From: Frankiaceae bacterium
GTDB taxonomy: Bacteria; Actinomycetota; Actinomycetes; JAVEEJ01
Assembly (NCBI GenBank): GCA_030840515.1
Contig: JAVEEJ010000181.1
Span: 1 to 36,586, forward strand
DNA: 36,586 nucleotides
Reading direction: 5' to 3'
Shown: positions 20,912 to 28,331 of the stretch, in pieces
Layout: every line of letters begins with the position of its first letter
How positions within the stretch are numbered: the first letter of the stretch is position 1
Translations under genes and position numbers: made by a program
Notes under the pieces: model-generated
Databases searched by the model: none
What the model was told of the DNA's origin: nothing
The model's input: only the letters and a program-made list of their open reading frames with translations

Positions 20912-21649
20912 GTGGACCTGCCCGCGGGGGTGAAACGGCGCCTCGACCCCGCCGAGCGCTACGGGCTGCGCCTGACCCTGTTGGCCGCCGCAGTCGTGCT
21001 GGTGGGCATCCCCTTCGGGCTGCTGCTCGACCAGGTGAAGCGCAACGGTCCGCTGGTGCGCATGGACACCTACGCGGCCAACCACCTGCACAACTGGGTG
21101 CGCGCGCACCCGTTGGTGAAGACGGTCTGCGAGGTGGTGAGCTTCTTCGGCAGCCCGGTGTGGTTCTACGTCATCATCGCCGTCGCAGCCACGTTCTGGT
21201 GGGTGCGGGGACGGCGTCGGCTGAGTCTCTACGTCCTGGTCACCACTGTCGGCGGTGGGTTGATCGACACGGCGGTGAAGGTCGCGGTCGACCGCAACCG
21301 TCCGTCGCTGGATCACCCGATCGCCACCGCACACGGCAAGAGCTTCCCGAGCGGGCACACGATGGTGACGACGTACGGGTACGGCGCACTGCTGCTGAGC
21401 TTCCTGCCGCTCATGCCACCGCGGGCTCGCCGGCCGGCCATCGGCGCGTGGCTCACCATGGTGGCGCTGGTCGCCGCCTCCCGGCTTGGCCTCGGCGTGC
21501 ACTACATCACCGACGTCGTCGGCGGGTTCGTGCTCGGCCTCGCCTGGCTCGCCGCCGCGACCGCGGCGTTCTCGATCTGGCGGGTCGAGCGCGGGCGCAA
21601 GCCGGTCGAGGTGGCCGAGGGCCTCGAGCCTGAGGCGGCGCGCGACTGA
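20912..21649 (+). CDS. PAP2-family membrane phosphatase
   Basis: Motifs KVAVDRNRP, PSGHTMVT, SRLGLGVHYITD, with several TM segments. Starts 5 nt after the upstream stop. Confidence 0.85.
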   Translation: MDLPAGVKRRLDPAERYGLRLTLLAAAVVLVGIPFGLLLDQVKRNGPLVRMDTYAANHLHNWVRAHPLVKTVCEVVSFFGSPVWFYVIIAVAATFWWVRGRRRLSLYVLVTTVGGGLIDTAVKVAVDRNRPSLDHPIATAHGKSFPSGHTMVTTYGYGALLLSFLPLMPPRARRPAIGAWLTMVALVAASRLGLGVHYITDVVGGFVLGLAWLAAATAAFSIWRVERGRKPVEVAEGLEPEAARD

Positions 21650-21665
21650 GCCTCCCCCGCCAGGA

Positions 21666-21688
21666 TTGTCGGCCGGGGAAGGCAGGAT
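21666..21688 (+). promoter_or_regulatory. RecA-NDp-like (PafBC-type) damage-inducible promoter candidate, TTGTCGGcc-N8-cAGGAT
   Basis: Compared with the published tTGTCRgtg-N8-TAnnnT motif: the TGTCR core matches, the spacer is exactly 8 nt, and the -10 retains A2 and T6. The hexamer ends 7 nt before GTG 21696, which would make the helicase mRNA leaderless. Confidence 0.3.
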
Positions 21689-21695
21689 CGCCCCT

Positions 21696-23774
21696 GTGAG
21701 TGACCTCCGCAGCCGTGCGCAAGCCGTGCTCGAGCGGCTCGTGACGCCGGAGGCCACGCTGCGCGACGACCAGTGGGTGGCGATCGAGGCGCTCGTCGCC
21801 GACCGACGCCGCGCGCTCGTCGTCCAACGCACGGGCTGGGGCAAGTCGGCGGTGTACTTCGTCGCCACCGCGCTGCTGCGCGAGGGCGGCGCGGGCCCCA
21901 CGGTCATCGTCAGCCCGCTGCTCGCGCTCATGCGCAACCAGGTCGAGGCCGCGGCCCGGGCCGGCATCCGCTCCCGCACGATCAACTCCGCCAACACCGA
22001 GGACTGGGAGGCGGTCCACGCCGAGATGGCCCAGGACGAGGTCGACCTGCTGCTGGTCAGCCCGGAGCGGCTCAACTCCCCCGCGTTCCGCGACACGGTG
22101 CTGCCGTGGCTGGCGCAGGAGGCCGGTCTCGTCGTCATCGACGAGGCGCACTGCGTCTCCGACTGGGGCCATGACTTCCGGCCCGACTACCGCCGGATCA
22201 GGACCCTGCTCGCTGATCTGCCGCCGGGGTCGCCGGTGCTGGCCACCACGGCGACCGCGAACTCCCGGGTGGTGGCGGACGTCGCTGAGCAGCTCGGTGC
22301 CGACGCGCTCGTGCTGCGTGGACCGCTCGAGCGAGAGTCACTGAGGCTGGGGGTCGTCGCACTGCCGAGTCCTGCGCAGCGGCTGGCCTGGCTCGCCGAC
22401 CACCTGCCGTCCCTGGACGGCAGCGGGATCGTCTACACGCTGACCGTGGCGCAGGCCGACGAGGTCGCCGCCTTCCTTCGCAGCACAGGGCTGACCGTGT
22501 CCTCCTACTCGGGCCGCACCGAGAACGCCGACCGGCTCGCAGCCGAAGAGGCCCTGCTGCGCAACGAGATCAAGGCGCTCGTGGCCACCTCCGCGTTGGG
22601 GATGGGATTCGACAAGCCGGACCTCGGCTTCGTCATCCACCTCGGCGCGCCGTCGTCACCGATCGCCTACTACCAGCAGGTCGGTCGCGCGGGCCGGGCC
22701 ACGGAGAAGGCGGACGTCGTGCTGCTGCCCGGCGCGGAGGACGAGGCGATCTGGCGCTGGTACGACTCCATGGCCTTCCCCCCGCCGGACGCAGTGGCGG
22801 ACGTCCTCGCCGTGCTGGCGGAGGCCGACCGCCCCGTCTCGACCGGCGCCCTCGAGCCACGGGTCGAGCTCTCCCGCTCGCGGCTCGAGCTGGTGCTCAA
22901 GGTGCTCGACGTCGACGGCGCGGTGCGACGGGTCAGTGGGGGCTGGACGGCGACAGGCAGACCGTGGGAGTACGACGAGCCGCGCTACCGCCGCGTCGCG
23001 GAGGCGCGCTCTGCGGAGCAGCAGGCGATGCGCGACTACATCGCCGGCGCCGGGTGCCGCATGGAGTTCCTGCGTCGCCAGCTCGACGACCCTGCGGCCG
23101 CGGCCTGTGGCCGCTGCGACAACTGCACAGGGGTACCCGTGGACCCCGCGGTGTCCGAAGGCTCGCTCGCTGCCGCGCGCGGCGAGCTGGCCCGCGCCGG
23201 CGTCGAGGTCGAGCCGCGCAAGATGTGGCCCACCGGCCTCGAGTCCGTCGGCATCCCGCTCAAGGGCCGCATTGCGGCTGAGGAGTCGGCCGAGCCGGGC
23301 CGGGCGCTCGCGCGCTGGAGCGATCTGGGCTGGGGTCCGCGGCTGCGTGAGCTCCTCGGCCCGGGCACCCAGGACGCCGTCGTACCCGTCGACGTGTTCA
23401 ACGCTGTGCTCATCGTGCTGCGCGACTGGGCCTGGGAGACCCGCCCCGACGCCGTCGTAGCGGTCGACTCGCTGACCCGTCCCCGCCTCGTCAGCCACCT
23501 TGCGCAGCGGGTAGCCGCCGCCGGCCGCCTGGAGCACCTCGGGGTCGCGCGACGGCTTCCGGTCGGTCGTCCGGCCTCGACCGTCAACAGCGCGCAGCGC
23601 GTGAAGGCCCTGCACACGGCGTTCGACACCAGCGCCCTGGTCGTGGACGGGCGCACCGTGCTCCTGGTCGACGACGTCATCCGCAGCGGTTGGACCACCG
23701 CGCTGGTCGCGCGCCAGCTGCGCCAGGCCGGTGCGCTGGCGGTGCTGCCGCTGGCGCTCGCCCTGGACGCTTAG
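21696..23774 (+). CDS. rqlH: RqlH-type RecQ-like ATP-dependent DNA helicase with tetracysteine Zn module and C-terminal phosphoribosyltransferase-like domain
   Basis: GTG 21696 is the first start after the upstream PAP2 stop. Helicase motifs: QRTGWGKSAVY (I), VIDEAHCVSDWGHDFRPDY (DEAH), LATTATA (III), ATSALGMGFDKPDLGFVIH (V), QQVGRAGR (VI). Zn module: CRMEF...CGRCDNC. C-terminal TVLLVDDVIRSGWTTALV resembles a PRPP-binding loop. The 692-aa length and the absence of an HRDC domain fit the mycobacterial RqlH clade. Confidence 0.85.
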   Translation: MSDLRSRAQAVLERLVTPEATLRDDQWVAIEALVADRRRALVVQRTGWGKSAVYFVATALLREGGAGPTVIVSPLLALMRNQVEAAARAGIRSRTINSANTEDWEAVHAEMAQDEVDLLLVSPERLNSPAFRDTVLPWLAQEAGLVVIDEAHCVSDWGHDFRPDYRRIRTLLADLPPGSPVLATTATANSRVVADVAEQLGADALVLRGPLERESLRLGVVALPSPAQRLAWLADHLPSLDGSGIVYTLTVAQADEVAAFLRSTGLTVSSYSGRTENADRLAAEEALLRNEIKALVATSALGMGFDKPDLGFVIHLGAPSSPIAYYQQVGRAGRATEKADVVLLPGAEDEAIWRWYDSMAFPPPDAVADVLAVLAEADRPVSTGALEPRVELSRSRLELVLKVLDVDGAVRRVSGGWTATGRPWEYDEPRYRRVAEARSAEQQAMRDYIAGAGCRMEFLRRQLDDPAAAACGRCDNCTGVPVDPAVSEGSLAAARGELARAGVEVEPRKMWPTGLESVGIPLKGRIAAEESAEPGRALARWSDLGWGPRLRELLGPGTQDAVVPVDVFNAVLIVLRDWAWETRPDAVVAVDSLTRPRLVSHLAQRVAAAGRLEHLGVARRLPVGRPASTVNSAQRVKALHTAFDTSALVVDGRTVLLVDDVIRSGWTTALVARQLRQAGALAVLPLALALDA

Positions 23775-23852
23775 CCGCCAGCGGCGGAACCGACCGGGAC
23801 ACCGCCCCGTCCAACGCGCGAGGGCCGATCTCCGGCCCGCGGGGAGGACACC

Positions 23853-24320
23853 ATGCGGCGAGCAGGGATCTGCGTGACAGTGCTGACGGCGGCGCTCGCG
23901 ATGATGGGGGCGAGTACGGCGGCGGCATCGACCAACCTCAAGCTCTACGGCTCGATCAAGGGGCAGTGGCGCGCCTTCCACTCCTCGGCGGACTCTGGCC
24001 TGAAGTACCGGCTGAGCAACTCCCAGGGCACCACCAGCGCCGGCACCGCGTTCCTCACCGCCACCAGCGGCAGCCTCGGCTTCGTGCGCTCGGCCTACTG
24101 CGAGGCGGCTGCCGTGGTCACCACGCCGAACGGCACGATGAACGTCCGGATCCGCTCGCAGGTCCAGTACAACGGTGGCTACGGCTGCAAGAACTACCCG
24201 TTCTACTTCCGCATCGAGAGCGGGACGGGCTCCTACTACGACACCACCGGACGGGGCACCGGGAAGCTGGCCATGATCGGCGGCGACCACGGAACCTTCA
24301 CCATCGTGTTCAACAAGTAG
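23853..24320 (+). CDS. Small secreted hypothetical protein
   Basis: Strong GGGGAGGA Shine-Dalgarno 5 nt upstream of ATG 23853. Signal peptide MRRAGICVTVLTAALAMMGASTAAAS. Gly/Ser/Thr/Tyr-rich, beta-rich-looking mature part with two Cys. No family recognised. Confidence 0.65.
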   Translation: MRRAGICVTVLTAALAMMGASTAAASTNLKLYGSIKGQWRAFHSSADSGLKYRLSNSQGTTSAGTAFLTATSGSLGFVRSAYCEAAAVVTTPNGTMNVRIRSQVQYNGGYGCKNYPFYFRIESGTGSYYDTTGRGTGKLAMIGGDHGTFTIVFNK

Positions 24321-24358
24321 TGCTGGACACGTAGTACTGGGTCAGTAGGGGCTCGGGC

Positions 24359-25153
24359 TCAGGGGCTGCCGGGCACCACGGAGTATCGGCGGTTGGCCAA
24401 CGACGGAACCTTGGCCCGCACCTCCACCACGCACTCGGCCGCGGCCTCAGCGACGGCCACGGAACCGTCCTCGTCGCCGAGCTCGACCAGCACCTCCCCG
24501 AACGGGTCGATCACGGTGGAGGCACCCGCATAGCGGGGTGGCGATTGCGCCGCGCCGATGACGTAGGCCGTCGACTCGATGGCGCGGGCCCGCAGCAACG
24601 TCAGCCACTGGGTTCGCTTGAGATGGCCGGCGACCCACGCTGCGGGTACGGCGAGAGCCGTCGCGCCCGCATCGACCAGGACGCGTGCCAGCTCGGGGAA
24701 GCGCACGTCGTAACACGTCATCACACCGACGGTGAGCTCGTCGACCGCGAGCACCAGCGTTCCTCCGTCGCCGGGCAGCAGGCGGTCCGACTCACGCCAG
24801 CCCAGCGCGTCGAACAGGTGGATCTTGCGGTAGGCCCCGCGGATCCCTCCGCCGTCCACCGCCGTCACCGTGTTGAAGCAACGCCCCTCTCCCGGGACGA
24901 GCTCGAACATCCCCGCGATGACCGTCAGGCCGGTCGAAGCCGCCAGCGCCGTGAGCCCCTCGACCCACGGGCCGTCGAGCGGCTGCGCGGCGAGCTCGTT
25001 GTCCTGCGCGCCGAAGTCGAGCATCGCCGCCTCGGGCGCGACGATCAGCCCGGCGCCCTGGTCGGCCGCCGACTGCGCGAGCGAGGTGAGCACGGCGAGG
25101 TTGTGCTCCCACGAGCGGTCCGAGACCGCCCACTGCGCGGCTGCCACCTTCAC
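24359..25153 (-). CDS. Carbon-nitrogen hydrolase (nitrilase-superfamily) protein
   Basis: Only the C-terminal 264 codons of the 769-aa track ORF look real. Start GTG 25153 (MKVAAAQW...). Glu-Lys-Cys triad contexts: LIVAPEAA, AYRKIHLFD, GVMTCYDVRFPE. Confidence 0.85.
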   Translation of the reverse strand: MKVAAAQWAVSDRSWEHNLAVLTSLAQSAADQGAGLIVAPEAAMLDFGAQDNELAAQPLDGPWVEGLTALAASTGLTVIAGMFELVPGEGRCFNTVTAVDGGGIRGAYRKIHLFDALGWRESDRLLPGDGGTLVLAVDELTVGVMTCYDVRFPELARVLVDAGATALAVPAAWVAGHLKRTQWLTLLRARAIESTAYVIGAAQSPPRYAGASTVIDPFGEVLVELGDEDGSVAVAEAAAECVVEVRAKVPSLANRRYSVVPGSP

Positions 25154-25177
25154 AGCGGAGACCGTACGCTTCGGCGC

Positions 25178-26353
25178 GTGCCGGCCCACCTCGTTCACCG
25201 CATGCAGGGCTACGGGACCACCATCTTCGCGGCGATCACCGCCCTCGCCGCCGAGCACGACGCGGTGAACCTCGGGCAGGGCTTCCCCGACAGTGACGGC
25301 CCGCCCGGCATGCTCGCCGTGGCGGCGCAGGCGCTGACCGGTGGCGGGCGCAACCAGTACCCGCCCGGGCCAGGCATCCCCGAGCTGCGCGCGGCCGTCG
25401 CCGCTCAGCGCGCCCGGGACTACGGCCAGGAGCTCGACCCCAACGGCGAGGTGCTGGTCACCGTCGGCGCAACCGAGGCGATCAGCGCCGCTGTGCTCGC
25501 GCTCGCCGAGCCCGGTGACGAGGTGCTCGTCCTCGACCCCTGCTACGACTCCTATGCCGCGGCGATCAGCCTCGCCGGCGCCGTACGCGTCTCCGTCCCG
25601 CTTCGTCCCGACGCCGATGGCCGTTTCGCGCTCGATTCCGACGAGCTGCGGGCGGCGGTGACACCCCGCACCCGGGTGCTGCTGCTCAACTCCCCGCACA
25701 ACCCGACCGGCACCGTCCTCACCACCGCCGAGCTCGAGGCCGTCGCGGCGATCGCCAACGACCGCGACCTGACCGTCGTGACCGACGAGGTCTACGAGTA
25801 CCTCGTGTACGACGGCGTGCGGCACCAGCCACTCGCGCTGCTCGACGGGATGGCCGAGCGCACACTGTCCGTGAGCAGTGCGGGCAAGACCTTCAGCGTG
25901 ACCGGGTGGAAGGTCGGCTGGGCCTGCGGCCCGCGTGAGCTCGTCAGCGCGGTCACCACCGTCAAGCAGTTCCTCACGTTCACCGCCAACAACGCGCTCC
26001 AGCTCGCGGTCGCACACGCCCTGGACCACGAGATGGACTGGGTCGCCGGGTTGCGCGAGAGCCTCCAGCAGCGCCGCGACCAGCTGGTCTCCGGGCTGAC
26101 GGAGTCGGGATTCGTCGCGCACCGCCCGCAGGGCACCTACTTCGTCCAGGCGGACGTGAGCGCGCTCGGGCAGGACGCCCGCGAGCTGGCTCTGACCCTG
26201 CCGGCCTCGCACGGAGTGGCGGCGATCCCCACCGCCGTGTTCGCCGCCGACCCCGCGCCCTGGACCGGATACCTCCGCTTCGCGTTCTGCAAGCAGCCCG
26301 CCGTGTTGGCGGAGGCCGTGACGAGGCTCACCCGCGCACCCCTGCCGGGCTGA
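25178..26353 (+). CDS. Class I/II PLP-dependent aminotransferase (DapC/Rv0858c-like)
   Basis: Motifs: NLGQGFPD, NQYPPGPGIPELR, LLNSPHNPTG, SSAGKTFSVTGWKVGWACGP (PLP-Lys), LRFAFCK. Start at GTG 25178 or ATG 25202; the longer form fits the usual N-terminal length before the G-T-T-I-F motif. Confidence 0.85.
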   Translation: MPAHLVHRMQGYGTTIFAAITALAAEHDAVNLGQGFPDSDGPPGMLAVAAQALTGGGRNQYPPGPGIPELRAAVAAQRARDYGQELDPNGEVLVTVGATEAISAAVLALAEPGDEVLVLDPCYDSYAAAISLAGAVRVSVPLRPDADGRFALDSDELRAAVTPRTRVLLLNSPHNPTGTVLTTAELEAVAAIANDRDLTVVTDEVYEYLVYDGVRHQPLALLDGMAERTLSVSSAGKTFSVTGWKVGWACGPRELVSAVTTVKQFLTFTANNALQLAVAHALDHEMDWVAGLRESLQQRRDQLVSGLTESGFVAHRPQGTYFVQADVSALGQDARELALTLPASHGVAAIPTAVFAADPAPWTGYLRFAFCKQPAVLAEAVTRLTRAPLPG

Positions 26354-26377
26354 GCCGCGGAGCCCTACGATCGCGGC

Positions 26378-26788
26378 ATGTCGGTCCTGGGGGTGGGCGC
26401 CGGCGGTGGGCACAGCCTTCCGCTCATCGTGGCGCGGGAGTTCGCGACCAACGTCGCCGTACCCGTGTTCCTCGTCGACGCCTCCAACGAGCTGGTCTTC
26501 TACAACGAGGCCGCGCAGATGGCCTTCGGCACGCCCTTCGCGCAGCCGGGTGTGATGAAGCACGGCGACTGGTCCGAGCGCTTCCGCCCGACCCGGCCCG
26601 ACGGCAGTGACTACCCGCGCGAGGAGCTGCCCGTCGTGGTGGCGCTCGAGCGGCATGTCGCAGCGCACGGTGTGATGCAGGTGAGCGCGCCCGACGGGGC
26701 ACGAGTGGACGTCGAGATCACCGCCATCCCGCTCTGGTCCTCACCCGACGAGTTCGCGGGCGTGATGGCCATCGGCTGGATGGCGTGA
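26378..26788 (+). CDS. Stand-alone PAS-fold protein
   Basis: 136 aa. ...VPVFLVDASNELVFYNEAAQMAFG...VSAPDGARVDVEITAIPLWS...FAGVMAIGW follows the PAS core pattern. Its stop overlaps the next gene's start (GTGA at 26785-26788). Confidence 0.65.
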   Translation: MSVLGVGAGGGHSLPLIVAREFATNVAVPVFLVDASNELVFYNEAAQMAFGTPFAQPGVMKHGDWSERFRPTRPDGSDYPREELPVVVALERHVAAHGVMQVSAPDGARVDVEITAIPLWSSPDEFAGVMAIGWMA

Positions 26789-27666
26789 CCACCGTCCGGG
26801 TCTGGGGGTCACGAGGGTCCATCGCCGCCTCGGGTGCGCAGACGATCCGCTACGGCGGCAACACGAGCTGCGTCGAGCTCAGGACCGACGACGGCTCCGT
26901 GATCGTGCTCGACGCCGGGACCGGGATGCGCGAGCTCGGCGCGCAGCTCGCGCTCGAAGGCGTTCGCGAGGTCCATGTGCTGCTGAGCCACCTACACCTC
27001 GACCACCTGCAGGGGCTGGCCTTCTTCGCCCCGCTCTACGACGCCGACACCACGATCCACCTCTACGGCCCGCCGTCACCGCTGCAGTCACTGTCGGAGC
27101 GGATCAGCGCCTACATGTCCGACCCACTGTTCCCCGTGCACCTGGCGCACGTGCCCTCGGACCTGCAGATGCACGACGCGCCCTATGAGTCGATGGCGAT
27201 CGGTTCGGCCACCGTGCTCGCCTGCCCGCTCGCGCACCGCGGCCCCACGGTCGGATGGCGGATCGAGGACGCGGGTCGCTCGCTCGTCTACATGCCCGAC
27301 CACGAGCCCGCGATGGTCACGCGGCTGGAGACCGCCGACCCGTCCTGGGTGTCGGGCGCCGGCCTGGCGCACGAGGCCGACGTGCTGCTCCACGACGCGC
27401 AGTACACCGAGGAGGAGTACCCCTCCCACCGCGGCTGGGGGCACTCCTCGATCGCGCACGTCGTGCAGTTCGCGCGGCTTGCGGCCGTGCGCCGCCTGGT
27501 GCTCTTCCACCACGACCCGAGCCACTCCGACGCCGAGCTCGACTGGGTGCACGCACGCGCGGTGGAGCTCTGGGGTGCCGGCGAGGATGCACCGCTCATC
27601 GCACACGACGGCATGGCTTTCGAGCTCGCGGCACTGGGGGCGCGTCGCACCGCGACGCCCGCCTGA
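26785..27666 (+). CDS. MBL-fold metallo-hydrolase
   Basis: HVLLSHLHLDHLQG (HxHxDH), downstream HDAQY and LFHHDP metal-ligand-like motifs. 293 aa. Confidence 0.85.
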   Translation: MTTVRVWGSRGSIAASGAQTIRYGGNTSCVELRTDDGSVIVLDAGTGMRELGAQLALEGVREVHVLLSHLHLDHLQGLAFFAPLYDADTTIHLYGPPSPLQSLSERISAYMSDPLFPVHLAHVPSDLQMHDAPYESMAIGSATVLACPLAHRGPTVGWRIEDAGRSLVYMPDHEPAMVTRLETADPSWVSGAGLAHEADVLLHDAQYTEEEYPSHRGWGHSSIAHVVQFARLAAVRRLVLFHHDPSHSDAELDWVHARAVELWGAGEDAPLIAHDGMAFELAALGARRTATPA

Positions 27667-27667
27667 G

Positions 27668-28168
27668 ATGATGTCCGGCATGTCCCTGTATGACATCCCC
27701 GTGCACACGCTCAGCGGCCACGAGACGACGCTCGCCGAGCACAAGGGCAAGGCGCTGCTCATCGTCAACGTCGCGTCGCGTTGCGGCCTGACCCCCCAGT
27801 ACGCCGGCCTCGAGCGGCTGCACGAGGCGTACGAGGCACGCGGCTTCGCCGTCCTCGGCTTCCCCTGCAACCAGTTCCTGGGCCAGGAGCCGGGCACCTC
27901 CGAGGAGATCGCCGAGTTCTGCTCCGCGACCTACGGCGTCACGTTCCCGATGTACGCCAAGGTCGACGTGAACGGCCCTGACCGGCACGGCGTGTACGAC
28001 GAGCTCGTCGCGACGCCGGACAGCGAAGGCACGGCCGGTGACGTGCAGTGGAACTTCGAGAAGTTCCTCGTCTCCCCGGACGGGTTGGTCGTCGGCCGCT
28101 TCCGGCCGCGCACCGAGCCTGAGAACTCTGAGCTGGTTGCCGCGATCGAGGCTCAGCTTCCCTCCTGA
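27668..28168 (+). CDS. Glutathione peroxidase (Cys-type)
   Basis: NVASRCGLTPQY, LGFPCNQFLGQEPG and WNFEKFLV are the three canonical Gpx motifs. Candidate starts are ATG 27668, 27671 or 27680. The upstream part of the track ORF (27185-27667) overlaps the MBL gene in another frame. Confidence 0.9.
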   Translation: MMSGMSLYDIPVHTLSGHETTLAEHKGKALLIVNVASRCGLTPQYAGLERLHEAYEARGFAVLGFPCNQFLGQEPGTSEEIAEFCSATYGVTFPMYAKVDVNGPDRHGVYDELVATPDSEGTAGDVQWNFEKFLVSPDGLVVGRFRPRTEPENSELVAAIEAQLPS

Positions 28169-28183
28169 TACTCTTCAGGGGAA

Positions 28184-28209
28184 CGGGGCGAGTCCGCTCC
28201 GGTTTTTTT
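28184..28209 (+). terminator. Intrinsic terminator: 7-bp stem (CGGGGCG/CGCTCCG, one G-U), 4-nt loop, then T7 run
   Basis: Stem 28184-28190 / 28195-28201, loop AGTC, then G plus TTTTTTT at 28203-28209. It begins 16 nt after the gpx stop. A genuine U-tract is unusual in sequence this GC-rich. Confidence 0.7.
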
Positions 28210-28285
28210 GTGCAACACCACGATCACGCAGCTCCCATCGGCGCGAATACGCGCCGGGTGTGTTTCTCACCGATTCGCCTAGGCA

Positions 28286-28319
28286 GTCTCGAGACGCGCG
28301 CCATCTGCTCTCTCGAGAG
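28286..28319 (+). promoter_or_regulatory. Twin 10-bp CTCGAG-centred palindromes (GTCTCGAGAC, CTCTCGAGAG) in the helicase leader; the second overlaps the GAGAGG Shine-Dalgarno
   Basis: Palindromes at 28286-28295 and 28310-28319. The shared TCTCGAGA cores can also pair with each other (8 bp, 16-nt loop). ATG is at 28332. Confidence 0.25.
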
Positions 28320-28331
28320 GTCTTCTTCTTC

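Noticed and set aside
21486-21695. Upstream 70 codons of the 762-aa RecQ track ORF
   Set aside because: They overlap the 3' end of the PAP2 gene in another frame and contain no helicase sequence. GTG 21696 is the first start after the PAP2 stop.
25154-26668. Upper part of the 769-aa minus-strand ORF 24359..26668, which would make a giant hydrolase fusion
   Set aside because: This part is antisense to the aminotransferase and PAS genes, which have clear family motifs. Its translation is Arg/Gly/His-rich with no motifs. Nitrilase-superfamily similarity starts only at MKVAAAQW (GTG 25153).
27185-27667. Long N-terminal extensions of the gpx ORF (27185..), the DEAD-box ORF (28038..28331) and the small-protein ORF (29695..30039)
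   Set aside because: They overlap the preceding genes out of frame, or run through the terminator and leader. The recognisable protein families start at the internal ATGs.
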